Below are positions 28,950 to 38,818 of a DNA stretch of 64,000 bases, one piece after another. Position numbers and translations under genes: made by a program. Origin of the DNA: a virus (Duplodnaviria > Caudoviricetes); the IMG/VR virus record IMGVR_UViG_3300025316_001101. The stretch is one strand, 5' to 3'. Position 1 is the first letter of the stretch. Every line of letters begins with the position of its first letter. The notes below the pieces were generated by a model. That model had not been told where the DNA came from. It worked only from the letters and a program-made list of their open reading frames with translations, and ran no database searches.

Positions 28950-30500
28950 TCATCTTCTGCCTCTCTTCCTTCTTGGAGGCGGAAGATCTTCCATCCCTGG
29001 TAATCCTGGAACACGTGCCATAATTTTCTTTTCTCGTTCCACTCGATCTCTTTCCTCTGCGCCTTTTCTACCACCAGTCTCTAATCTTCTTCTGTTTACA
29101 TAACGAACGAAATCTGGATCTATCTCACGTTCTCCACTATCTTTACCAAAGTAATGTACGTTTCCTGGCTTGTCGGCTAATCCAATGCTCTTTTCCAATG
29201 GCTCTCTTGTTCCGTCTGGCTTTACAAGAGTTGCAAAAGGAATTGAAGAAGCCGCATATCCTCCAGGCTCTCCATGTTTGTACATTCCCACATGCTGCTT
29301 GAACATGGTATCGGGGTCTAACTGTAGATGCGTTGCGCTTCCAGCTTCACCCCTACCTGTCATCAATGGTATTAAAATTTTTCTAGCGTCCTCGTTATCT
29401 CCAGTATCCATTCTACCTGCTGGAAGAATTTTAGGGATTTGTATGGTTGATAATTTTTTGTATAAAGGATCGCTCATATCGGCGGCGGCACCCATCGGTG
29501 TATACGCTCCTCTGCCATGCTCTGATATGTATCGATAGAAGTTTTCTACGAAATCAACCCATACATTCCATAATTGTTCAGTGCCTACGCCTCTTCCTTT
29601 TAGCTTCTCAAGCGTGCTAACATAAGCATCAACACCCCGAGGAACTTCTGGTTTTTCTAATTGAGCTTTAGTTACTTGCCATTTCTTATTTGCTTTTTCT
29701 TTTTCTAAAGTGTCTGTAGAAAACCCTAATTCACCGGCCATGTCTGGGAAAACCGTGCTGTATATGTCAATGTTATGTGTATCAATGCAACCGGCACGAC
29801 CGAATAGAAGTTGCGCAATAAATCCAGCCTTAACAGGTTGTACTCCAGTGAATTTACAAAGTCTAGCTATAATGTCTCTGTCTGTGCCACGTGCGGCCAA
29901 AGCCATTAACTCTTGGAATAGGTTTTCTTTATTACTCCAAATTTCAGCAATGGTTCTTAGTTTCCATCCACTAATAGTGTGTCCAAGAGAATGATATTTA
30001 TCATCATATACCCGTACCAAATCTTTTAACTGTGCTTCTGTTACATCATGTGGATGTACATGTTTTAATAACAACATCAACACGTAGAAGTTATCCCAGT
30101 GTTTAGGAAACGGAGTATTAGCAGACAATGGAGAAAACATCATTGTTTGAGCAAAGTTTTCTGGACTGCTATGTGCAAATTTTTGAATTTTCTTAATGTG
30201 TTTAGCGTAGCTGCTTAATGGCGTTATTTCACAAGAGTCTTTATCGTCATCGTCATCAAATGGTGCCATACCCTTAGCCGCATCTGGATCAAATTTTGGA
30301 ACTTCAATCCTACCGTTTGCTTTTCTCTCATCTGGAGGAGGTAGAGATTTTAATTCTGGAGATAGATTCATCAACATACGCTGCCAATCTTGTTTCTTTA
30401 CTTTTTTTGCTTCGTTCAAATGACACATTCCAAGCACAAGATCGGCCAATAAATAACCGTCACACCCTTCTTCAGTTATAATCCAGTTCTTAAATTCCAT
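28950..30500 (-). CDS. HhH-GPD glycosylase-fold protein with CTS-like N-terminus
   Basis: Begins 'MEFKNWIITEE'; contains 'LCKFTGVQPVKAGFIAQLLFGRAGCIDTHN' (HhH plus conserved Asp). Confidence 0.55.
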   Translation of the reverse strand: MEFKNWIITEEGCDGYLLADLVLGMCHLNEAKKVKKQDWQRMLMNLSPELKSLPPPDERKANGRIEVPKFDPDAAKGMAPFDDDDDKDSCEITPLSSYAKHIKKIQKFAHSSPENFAQTMMFSPLSANTPFPKHWDNFYVLMLLLKHVHPHDVTEAQLKDLVRVYDDKYHSLGHTISGWKLRTIAEIWSNKENLFQELMALAARGTDRDIIARLCKFTGVQPVKAGFIAQLLFGRAGCIDTHNIDIYSTVFPDMAGELGFSTDTLEKEKANKKWQVTKAQLEKPEVPRGVDAYVSTLEKLKGRGVGTEQLWNVWVDFVENFYRYISEHGRGAYTPMGAAADMSDPLYKKLSTIQIPKILPAGRMDTGDNEDARKILIPLMTGRGEAGSATHLQLDPDTMFKQHVGMYKHGEPGGYAASSIPFATLVKPDGTREPLEKSIGLADKPGNVHYFGKDSGEREIDPDFVRYVNRRRLETGGRKGAEERDRVEREKKIMARVPGLPGMEDLPPPRRKRGRR

Positions 30501-30507
30501 AATGTAT

Positions 30508-32046
30508 CTATTGCTTTTCCCTAGTTAAATTACTAACTTTTACAGATACGCTATCTCTTTTAGGCTCAAAGATAATGCTTGTTCCGGCCGAGCTACCGCC
30601 AGAAACTTTGTAGGTTAATTTAACATATGTCGAATTACTTGTGACGCTTACACTTGCTTCATCTTTTGGTGAAATGCTTAATCCACGTATGTTAAAATCA
30701 CGTCTTAGACTTGGTGACCAATCTGCCCCGCCTGACGCACTGCTGGCATAATGTCTGACTGCTAGAGCCACGGGATGGCTTTCACCTTTCTTACCAGCTA
30801 TTAGCCAACTAAGAATTTCTGTAAATTTACGTGGATTGTTTGTTAATTTATCTTCTGCCACTTTGGCTAACATCGGTATAATGGCTTGTCGATAATCTGT
30901 AGCTGCGGTTGCATCATTAGAATCGGCCATAATTGCAGAGAGTTCATCTGTAAACTTTCGAACGTTTGCTCCGCCCAATAATTTATAAGCTTTAGCAGAT
31001 TGCAAGTCGGCCATTACCACACGGCCTTCGCTTGTTAACTTAATGTTCCATCCTAATTCACCTTGTTCTCCATCAATTGCACCACTGCACATTAATACGA
31101 GATCAGATGGTGTCTGTCGTCCTCCGGTTGAACTCCAATCACCTTCTCCGCCTGTAAACAACATGTGATCTGGAGTGCATTTTAATAATTGCTTACTTCT
31201 TACAAAGATTCTATCCGCTATGTCTTTTGCATGACTTTGAATCATTAAAAATATCTGATCGGCCTGCTTTTCAGATCCAAGATTTTCCTTGATCTGCGTC
31301 ATGAACTTATCTCTGTTTTCATCTATTTGAGTTCCATTATTGGCCTGTCCCATTTCCTCATCATCTCTGTTTTTAACACCATGTTGATGTTCTAGACACA
31401 AATAGATTTCTATCTCAAATAAGAAACCCATTAAACGGGCTATTTTCCTTACCTTGCTCTTAATGATTCGTTCAAACGCATTCCATTGAGATTGTTTCCA
31501 ATCTGGCGCACCGACTTGTTTTAAGGCTTTACTGGCACCGCTCCATTTAGAAGTTCCTAATCCGGCATATGGTAATAGTTTTTGAACCTGCTCATCTTCA
31601 GAAATCATTGAGCCATCATGCTTAGTATGTGCAGCCAATGCCATTTGCGGTTTTTGCTGTGTAATATCTTGCGGCCTTTGCATTGATATGGACTGTACGA
31701 TAAACGATTGATAGTCTGTAGGGAAGTGAAAGTTTATTCTTCCTTGTTCTACACGCATATTTGCAAAAATATATCGTTGTATCTTTCCAAAGAAATCTTC
31801 TGGATTAAAGTCTTCTTCTTGATCGATCCATTCTTTGAATGTAATTCTTTGGAACATGTTGAGTGGACGATATGGATCTTGTACTAATTTTTCAATTTCT
31901 CGTTTGGTATCTGGTTCCAAAATCTTTTTCCAAGCATCGCCACGGGCATGGCGTGTGTATCCCTTAAAGACATCTCTCAGGGCTTTGGCTATATCAACTA
32001 CTGCTTGTTTTTTACTACTATCTTGCCTTGGCATATTTAGAACCAA
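30508..32046 (-). CDS. Hypothetical protein with internal CTS-like motif (ITFKEWIDQEE)
   Basis: ORF track. Confidence 0.55.
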   Translation of the reverse strand: MVLNMPRQDSSKKQAVVDIAKALRDVFKGYTRHARGDAWKKILEPDTKREIEKLVQDPYRPLNMFQRITFKEWIDQEEDFNPEDFFGKIQRYIFANMRVEQGRINFHFPTDYQSFIVQSISMQRPQDITQQKPQMALAAHTKHDGSMISEDEQVQKLLPYAGLGTSKWSGASKALKQVGAPDWKQSQWNAFERIIKSKVRKIARLMGFLFEIEIYLCLEHQHGVKNRDDEEMGQANNGTQIDENRDKFMTQIKENLGSEKQADQIFLMIQSHAKDIADRIFVRSKQLLKCTPDHMLFTGGEGDWSSTGGRQTPSDLVLMCSGAIDGEQGELGWNIKLTSEGRVVMADLQSAKAYKLLGGANVRKFTDELSAIMADSNDATAATDYRQAIIPMLAKVAEDKLTNNPRKFTEILSWLIAGKKGESHPVALAVRHYASSASGGADWSPSLRRDFNIRGLSISPKDEASVSVTSNSTYVKLTYKVSGGSSAGTSIIFEPKRDSVSVKVSNLTREKQ

Positions 32047-32822
32047 TGTAACGTTGTGGCGATTGCTTCAGACATTTCTTCTTTAGTCTGTGTTGGACAG
32101 AAATATACATCTATTTCTGATGGACGGATTACCCAGTTCCTTCCTTCTCTTTGATTGGCAACATCGTAGTTCATAACCCTTAACAATCCCTTTTTAGTAT
32201 CAAACACAATATGTGTTTGATTTTCTTTCACTACCCATCCGTCTCTTGATAGTTGACCGTGACCTCTAAGGGTAAACCTAATGACATAATCATTTTCATC
32301 TATCTTTCTTACGCCTTCATATACAAATATATCTTTTGCCGTCCGTCGCAGCTTTCCAGCCATGTTAGCTACAAGACTTTCGATTTCTGGATAATCCCGT
32401 TTCGCTGAATCGGTTGGCTGTTCATCAATGACTTTTATTTCATCAAACAGTTCTTGAACAATTGTTTCTTCTTTGTCACCTATTCCAGATTGATCTACTT
32501 GATATATTTTTTTAGTAATCCACTGGGGATTGCCTTCTAGGTCTAATGTCTGACGATCAATGAAAAAATTAAGTCCTGTGCCAACTCTTAGCCTAATGGC
32601 ACCCTGGTCATCTCCCCATTGTGCTTCATTTACGAAATTAGCCGTACCCTGCCTTGTGGGTAGGTGATACTCCGCTAACGTATTAATAATGCTTTCAACA
32701 TTCAGTTGATGTATTGGCCATTCAGAGTTTTTGTCCTTTTTTTGTGGACGTACATCTCTATCAAATCCGAACACATCTCGGAATTCACGGAACAACCAGT
32801 CTTGAAATTTTAAGTATGCCAT
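32037..32822 (-). CDS. Hypothetical protein with CTS-like N-terminus (MAYLKFQDWLFRE)
   Basis: ORF track; TAAATA about 10 nt upstream. Confidence 0.6.
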   Translation of the reverse strand: MAYLKFQDWLFREFRDVFGFDRDVRPQKKDKNSEWPIHQLNVESIINTLAEYHLPTRQGTANFVNEAQWGDDQGAIRLRVGTGLNFFIDRQTLDLEGNPQWITKKIYQVDQSGIGDKEETIVQELFDEIKVIDEQPTDSAKRDYPEIESLVANMAGKLRRTAKDIFVYEGVRKIDENDYVIRFTLRGHGQLSRDGWVVKENQTHIVFDTKKGLLRVMNYDVANQREGRNWVIRPSEIDVYFCPTQTKEEMSEAIATTLHWF

Positions 32823-32884
32823 ATCTCTTGTATTTAGGCATCAGATCGTTTATAATTGCAGACAACAATTAACCAGGAGACCCC

Positions 32885-33784
32885 ATGATAAAAACACTCC
32901 CATTCAGACATGTCATTTGTGCGAGTCAATTCACAAGGGAGATTATTGACGACATTTTGTTACGGGCTAAAACTTTTCAAAATAATTCAAGTTCTGGGTT
33001 TTTATCAAAACGGCAAAAAGGCATGGTTATGGCCACATATTTTGCCGAACCATCCACCCGCACTAGGCTGTCTTTTGAATCAGCTATGCAGCGGTTAGGA
33101 GGTAAAATCATCTCTATCGAGAACGGATCTCTTTCTTCTTCCGAAGTAAAAGGGGAGCTTCTTGAGGATACCGTAAAAACCATTTCACAGTATGCTGATG
33201 TAATTGTTATTCGCCATCCACGTGATGGTGCTGCCCAAATTGCATCTGAATCATCCGATGTTCCAATTATTAATGCTGGCGATGGCGATGGAGAACATCC
33301 AACGCAAGCTCTTTTGGACTTGTACACAATTCAACGAGAACGTGGTACAATAGATGGGGCCAACATTATATTTTTTGGCGACACCACTAAAGCACGCACC
33401 GTAAAATCGCTTACAGCCATGCTGAAGAATTTTAAGGACGTGATTGTGGATATTATCGATCCATATGCTGGTACAATTAATAATTGGGAGCATTTGCTTA
33501 ATGAAAAATTGCCAGCGGCCGACGTAGTGTACATTACAAGATTACAACGAGAGCGATGGACACCAGGGTTCGTAAATTTACAAAAAGTGTGTTTTGGTCA
33601 AGAACAATTGAATCTTATGAAACAAAACGCTATGGTTTTACATCCTTTGCCAAGAACCAATGAATTAGATCACAGAATTGATTCTGATCCAAGAGCAGCC
33701 TATTGGAAGCAGGTAAAGAATGGCATGTTTTTGCGAATGGCTCTTATTAGTATGATGCAATTTGATACACCTAGCGATATATAA
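32885..33784 (+). CDS. pyrB: Aspartate carbamoyltransferase catalytic subunit
   Basis: Motifs 'FAEPSTRTRLSFE', 'NAGDG...HPTQALLD', 'YITRLQRER' and 'HPLPR'. Confidence 0.95.
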   Translation: MIKTLPFRHVICASQFTREIIDDILLRAKTFQNNSSSGFLSKRQKGMVMATYFAEPSTRTRLSFESAMQRLGGKIISIENGSLSSSEVKGELLEDTVKTISQYADVIVIRHPRDGAAQIASESSDVPIINAGDGDGEHPTQALLDLYTIQRERGTIDGANIIFFGDTTKARTVKSLTAMLKNFKDVIVDIIDPYAGTINNWEHLLNEKLPAADVVYITRLQRERWTPGFVNLQKVCFGQEQLNLMKQNAMVLHPLPRTNELDHRIDSDPRAAYWKQVKNGMFLRMALISMMQFDTPSDI

Positions 33785-33802
33785 TGACATCGAAGGAGTA
33801 TC

Positions 33803-34162
33803 ATGAAACATTTTATAATTTGGTTAGAAGATAGACAAGCAAATGAAATTCGGGACGCCGTAATATCGAAGTTGCGATCCGACATGGGAATCGATGACGA
33901 TGATGAAATTACTCAAATGAAAACGGCTGATTTGAGTAGTGATGCTCAAGAAGAAATCTTGAAGATCGGATCGGTGATGGATAAGATAGATCCAACACAA
34001 GCCGATGCTATTAAAGACTTTATGAGTAAATCAGACACAACAGTAGGCACTTTAATTGATAGGATAAACAGTTCTAAACCAAATGCTCCAATGGCCGAAC
34101 CTCCCGATAGTAATCCGGCCATTCAACCTCAACAATCACAGAACTTAGGTCAGGGAATATAG
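33803..34162 (+). CDS. Hypothetical acidic protein with CTS-like N-terminus (MKHFIIWLED)
   Basis: ORF track. Confidence 0.55.
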   Translation: MKHFIIWLEDRQANEIRDAVISKLRSDMGIDDDDEITQMKTADLSSDAQEEILKIGSVMDKIDPTQADAIKDFMSKSDTTVGTLIDRINSSKPNAPMAEPPDSNPAIQPQQSQNLGQGI

Positions 34163-34215
34163 AAATTGATAACTCAAACACTATAATACTTATATGGTTT
34201 TATAGGAGGGTTATC

Positions 34216-35283
34216 GTGGCTATAAAAGTAATAATAAAAATTACCAAGGATTGGCTGGAGAGCGAGTACATTACTAAAGACAGAAGTATGCAAGATATCG
34301 CATTGGAAGTAGGTTGTGCTTATTCTTCTATTAATAGATATGTCAAATTATTTGGCATACATCCAAAAACTAATGGACAGCATAAAAAGGTAGCTGTACA
34401 GGGTATTCCATTTGGCAATTGGACGCCAATTAAAGAAGTTGCTCCTGCAAAATCCGGCCATACCAAATGGTTATGTGAATGCAAATGCGGTCAGCAATTA
34501 GAAATAGAACACAACGCATTGGCAAGTGGTAAAAGGATACAATGTATAGCGTGCGGTGGCAAAGCAAGACGTGTTAAGGATAGATTGTCAAATGTCTTTT
34601 GGAAGCAAATCAGAAGTGGCGCAGCCAATAGGGGATGGGAGTTCGACATAATACCAAAGCAGGCTTATGATTTATTGTTAAAGCAAGAATTCAAATGTGC
34701 CTTAACAGGAATTTCTATATGCATTGCAGATACCGTGACTGAACACAATCATGGGAAAACCACTGCGTCATTAGACCGCATTCAATCTAATGTAGGTTAC
34801 TGTGTTGAAAACATACAGTGGGTACACAAGCACGTAAATCGGATTAAATATACATGGTCTAATGATGAATTCATTGGCTTTTGTACTTTGATAGCGGATT
34901 ATCATCCGTCGCATCATGATATTGCAGAGGAAACAAATGTAATCAAAACCGCAAATTGGAATTTGATTAGGATGACAGCAAGGCAAAGAGGGTGGGAATA
35001 TGACTTAGACATGGATTGGGCATGGCAGTTATATTTATCACAAGGCAAAAGATGTGCCCTTTCAGGATTGGAATTATCATTTCCTAAAAGTGTATACTCC
35101 TATCAAAAGACAAGAGATGGCAACGCTTCGCTGGATAGAATAGATAGTTCTAAGGGATACGTAAAAGGAAATGTGCAATGGGTCACAAGATTGATCAATA
35201 AAATGAAATCATGTTTCTCAGATGATGAGTTCAAGAGGATTTGTACATTAGTTATGGATTATAATCATGATAAAAAAATTTAG
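34216..35283 (+). CDS. Free-standing homing-endonuclease-like protein with HTH and two tandem HNH-like domains
   Basis: Duplicated 'C..(T/S)G...ASLDRI.S..GY...N(I/V)QWV...N..K' units; N-terminal HTH and Cys motif. Confidence 0.7.
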   Translation: MAIKVIIKITKDWLESEYITKDRSMQDIALEVGCAYSSINRYVKLFGIHPKTNGQHKKVAVQGIPFGNWTPIKEVAPAKSGHTKWLCECKCGQQLEIEHNALASGKRIQCIACGGKARRVKDRLSNVFWKQIRSGAANRGWEFDIIPKQAYDLLLKQEFKCALTGISICIADTVTEHNHGKTTASLDRIQSNVGYCVENIQWVHKHVNRIKYTWSNDEFIGFCTLIADYHPSHHDIAEETNVIKTANWNLIRMTARQRGWEYDLDMDWAWQLYLSQGKRCALSGLELSFPKSVYSYQKTRDGNASLDRIDSSKGYVKGNVQWVTRLINKMKSCFSDDEFKRICTLVMDYNHDKKI

Positions 35284-35881
35284 TCAGTGGGTAGAAAACA
35301 AACAACAAGAAAAGATATTCATTATACTTCGTGGGCCTCCGGGGTCTGGAAAATCAACGAAGATCAATGCATTGCTTGCTCAATACGGAGGAGATTACGA
35401 TCATGTATTTTCGACCGATAATTATTTTATCCCTGTATCACAACAAAAGAAGCGACGTGGTGAGCAGATTTCTACTAGTGATGAATATCAAGAGTATCGA
35501 TCAAACTGGAAGGCAGAGAAATTAGGTGCTGCTCACGCACATAATTTTCAAGAGTTTCAATATGCCGTAGATCTTGGTGTTACGCCATTAGTATTAGATA
35601 ATACCTGTATTGTTTCCAGAGATTTTCGTCACTACGTCGAGTATGCTGATAAAGCAGGTTATACGGTTAAAATTGAAGAACCTGATTCTCCTTGGTGGAA
35701 TGAATATCGCCCATATTTAGCTGATAAAAAGCTTGATCCAAAAAAGCTAGAAGAATTTGCTAAAATACTCGCCAAACGTAACACGCATGGCGTTCCGTTG
35801 GACACTATTCAGAAAATGATCACACGTTGGCAGGATAAGATTGATGTGGATGAACTTTTAGGAAAAAAGCCTAAACAATAA
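35267..35881 (+). CDS. AAA_33/N4BP2-like P-loop polynucleotide kinase
   Basis: Motifs 'LRGPPGSGKST', 'STDNYF', 'VLDNT' and 'KRNTHGVP...I..M'. Confidence 0.8.
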   Translation: MIKKFSQWVENKQQEKIFIILRGPPGSGKSTKINALLAQYGGDYDHVFSTDNYFIPVSQQKKRRGEQISTSDEYQEYRSNWKAEKLGAAHAHNFQEFQYAVDLGVTPLVLDNTCIVSRDFRHYVEYADKAGYTVKIEEPDSPWWNEYRPYLADKKLDPKKLEEFAKILAKRNTHGVPLDTIQKMITRWQDKIDVDELLGKKPKQ

Positions 35882-36064
35882 AACTACATCGCCAATCAAT
35901 AGTGCTATCATTATTAAGAACCAAGGTATAGCAACCACCAATGGTTTGTATCCAGCTTTTGGACTGTCCCACATCATTGCCAACATTGGTGTTACCGACA
36001 CCATGATGAATAATACGGATGTGATCATTAATATAATCCCTAATACCCCAAAGATAGTCATCAT
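35858..36064 (-). CDS. Small two-TM membrane protein
   Basis: Two hydrophobic stretches. Confidence 0.5.
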   Translation of the reverse strand: MMTIFGVLGIILMITSVLFIMVSVTPMLAMMWDSPKAGYKPLVVAIPWFLIMIALLIGDVVLLFRLFS

Positions 36065-36068
36065 TTAA

Positions 36069-36485
36069 TTATCCTCCAAAATTCACACACCAATAAACTG
36101 TACCATCAGCAGCAACGGCAATTCCAAATCCAACATGAGTGAAATTTCTATTCAATATATTTGCTCGGTGACCACTAGAATTTATCCAACTTCGTAGAAC
36201 CTCGGCTTCGGTACGTTGGCCACAGGCAATATTTTCACCACCCGTTCTCCACGTTCTCATTATTTTGTTTAGAGATTGATGGGTTAGGTTTCTGTTGGCA
36301 ACCATCCAATTCGCATGAGCTTGGGCTATTGCGTCTAAGTTCCGGTCCCCGACCAGTTTTTGTATTCTTTGCTGTTCTCTTGGGGTATTGTGGGCAATCA
36401 GGATCGTGGCCTCTACATCCTGAGCGAGAGCGTGGGTGACCTGTGCCACCAATATGGCAATTGCAAGTATTATGGTTTTCATCAA
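36069..36485 (-). CDS. Secreted CAP/SCP (PR-1-like) domain protein
   Basis: Signal peptide; motifs 'AQAHANWM', 'GENIACG', 'WINSSGHRANIL' and 'YWCVNFG'. Confidence 0.9.
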   Translation of the reverse strand: MMKTIILAIAILVAQVTHALAQDVEATILIAHNTPREQQRIQKLVGDRNLDAIAQAHANWMVANRNLTHQSLNKIMRTWRTGGENIACGQRTEAEVLRSWINSSGHRANILNRNFTHVGFGIAVAADGTVYWCVNFGG

Positions 36486-37924
36486 AAGTCGATCTCATCC
36501 TTTACTATGACTTCATGCCCTTCCTGCGTGAGTATCTTAACACGTTTCTTGGAGTGCTCAAGCAGATAATCGTTGATCTTAAATATAAAGTCATAATAAT
36601 GAAGAATTTCTTTGTCGTCGGCTGTTCTTAATCCTCTACCCATCCTTTGAATGATCTGGTGATCGGCCTGCCCACCTGCCGCATTCAATAAATTATGACA
36701 GTAGACGTTAATGCCAGCGTTAAATATGCCATGTGTAGCAATTGCGATCAGATTCTTTTTAGACTTTTGTAATTCGCCAATAATATATTTGCGGGTTTGT
36801 AGATTATCTTTTCCTTGCACCCACAACGATCCAGGTATCATGTTGGCCAATGTGTCACCGTGAGCTAATCGCTCTACGAGGATTAATGTACGTCCTTTTA
36901 GTCCTTTCACCAATCGTGTTACCAATTGATGAAACTCAAAGTTTTCAGCTATACCGTGTGTAACGGCATCTATGTAGATGTCATATGGTAGCTGCGGAGT
37001 ATTGATTGGATAGAAGATACACTGAGACGCCGAGAGGATGTTTCTATCCTGTAGTTTCTTGGTGGTTAATACACCTGTGTCACCGGCCGACTTTGCTTTT
37101 ACAATTGGGCCAAAGTATCCTTTGACTGCATACTTTTGTGTCTTGTGTGTACCGCCAAATTTGAAGGGGGTAGCACTTACGGCGATTCTAACCGAACATG
37201 ACTTCATTTTTCCATAAAATTTTCTCGGCACTTTGCTCATCATATCATGGATTTCATCCACAATAACACATCGAATACTTGGCAAAAGCTTTTCAATTTT
37301 GTGTAATGACTGAACCGTAGCACATGTAAACATGTTCGGTTCTTTGTATTTGTCATACAATCTACCAACGTTCTTAAATCCCCACTTCATCATTTCATCA
37401 TAATTTTGCTCGACAAGGCTCTTCTTGTTGGCTAGAATGAGTGTGGGGGTGTTTTCTGGAAGGCACTTTAGGATGCCTATCATAATGTTGGTCTTGCCAG
37501 CCGATGTTGGAGCCTGAATTACTCCACGCTTGTTTTGAATGGCATGATTTATTAACTCTACTTGATAGTCATATAAAGTTACTTTCTTCTGCCCTTTTGG
37601 AGTCCATTGGTCAAAAAAGTGTTCATCAACAGACTCGAATCGAAACTTTAGAGGATCACGATTATCCTCAATGGTGTACTCAACCTTCCAAAGATTGAGA
37701 GCCATTTCGATTTCTGGAAGGAGTCCGGTCAAGAATTTGCCGGAATCTTTTTTGAAGAAGTCAATATAACCATCCCACAACTTTTGCTTGTAGAGGCGAC
37801 TGTGAAAGTATCCACGTTCACGAAATCGCAAAGCCCGCCAAAGTTGCAGGAGAAGATTTTCATTTCCAGTTAATAATTGACCAAAGCAATTATCAACCCG
37901 TATATGCGCAAGTTTATCACCCAT
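36482..37924 (-). CDS. uvsW: UvsW-like SF2 helicase
   Basis: Motifs 'YDYQ', 'APTSAGKT', 'DEIH', 'SAT', 'GIFNAGIN' and 'QRMGRGLR'. Confidence 0.85.
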   Translation of the reverse strand: MGDKLAHIRVDNCFGQLLTGNENLLLQLWRALRFRERGYFHSRLYKQKLWDGYIDFFKKDSGKFLTGLLPEIEMALNLWKVEYTIEDNRDPLKFRFESVDEHFFDQWTPKGQKKVTLYDYQVELINHAIQNKRGVIQAPTSAGKTNIMIGILKCLPENTPTLILANKKSLVEQNYDEMMKWGFKNVGRLYDKYKEPNMFTCATVQSLHKIEKLLPSIRCVIVDEIHDMMSKVPRKFYGKMKSCSVRIAVSATPFKFGGTHKTQKYAVKGYFGPIVKAKSAGDTGVLTTKKLQDRNILSASQCIFYPINTPQLPYDIYIDAVTHGIAENFEFHQLVTRLVKGLKGRTLILVERLAHGDTLANMIPGSLWVQGKDNLQTRKYIIGELQKSKKNLIAIATHGIFNAGINVYCHNLLNAAGGQADHQIIQRMGRGLRTADDKEILHYYDFIFKINDYLLEHSKKRVKILTQEGHEVIVKDEIDF

Positions 37925-37980
37925 GTTATAACACCAACCTTATATCGGCATTATAACTTATTTTTAGCTAGAAGTCCACA

Positions 37981-38460
37981 TCATTTGACGGGTTTGGGGT
38001 GTTCTTCTGGGTTATCTTTTTCAAAAGTATAGGTCATTAATGGGGTGACTAGACTTAATCGGTTTTGTTCAAACTTGTTTAGCAAAAATTCGGCTAAAGC
38101 ATGTATGTAGACAAAGATTTCCTGGTTCGTTTTGGGAAATCGTGGATAGTTGATAGAAGCTATTTCGAAGCCATCTTCCACATAATCCCTAACCACATAG
38201 GTGGTATTTGTAACTGTTACCGACACTAGCTCGGCTGCATCCAATATGCGTTCTACTTCATGTCTCTTTTGGAATTCGCCAATGGCCGCTATCACGTCAT
38301 GATCAAAGAATTTGCTGCCATTGTAGCCACGGACGGAACCAATGTATATCTTTGCCCAATAAGTTTGTACCGTGAATTCTTTCATATATTTTCTCCTAAC
38401 AGATATAATAACAAGTAACAGTTTCTTAGTCAAGACCGCTAAATAAAGTATGAATTTCAA
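37981..38460 (-). CDS. Hypothetical protein (start probably near 38385)
   Basis: ORF track. Confidence 0.5.
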   Translation of the reverse strand: MKFILYLAVLTKKLLLVIISVRRKYMKEFTVQTYWAKIYIGSVRGYNGSKFFDHDVIAAIGEFQKRHEVERILDAAELVSVTVTNTTYVVRDYVEDGFEIASINYPRFPKTNQEIFVYIHALAEFLLNKFEQNRLSLVTPLMTYTFEKDNPEEHPKPVK

Positions 38461-38818
38461 AGAATGGTTAGCATTGGATTACTTGGTCGAAGCTTTCGGA
38501 CAAGAAGAAATAGACTCCCACAAGGTCTTAGATGGGAAGTGGGAGCCCCCACTCAACCAAATTGCTAATGAGCATAATTTCTATTTTAACTCTGAACCCG
38601 ACCCTCAAAAAGAATGTAATGGTCGTCAATGCTATAAATTACATGTTAGTTGCAATTATCATGGCGGAGAAGGAGATGTGGCAAACATTAGTTTCAGACA
38701 TGCTTACTCTGGTTATGGTGATAGATTTAAGTACGGTGCCTCTACGGAAGAAAAGGTTTTGCAAGAAAAGATTGGTAAGGATGTAGTCAATTACCCCTAC
38801 CCTAAAGAGGTTCAATAG
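38450..38818 (+). CDS. CTS-like protein (MNFKEWL), paralog of 41134-41442; C-terminus altered by IS insertion
   Basis: The last ~10 codons lie inside the IS right end. Confidence 0.55.
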   Translation: MNFKEWLALDYLVEAFGQEEIDSHKVLDGKWEPPLNQIANEHNFYFNSEPDPQKECNGRQCYKLHVSCNYHGGEGDVANISFRHAYSGYGDRFKYGASTEEKVLQEKIGKDVVNYPYPKEVQ

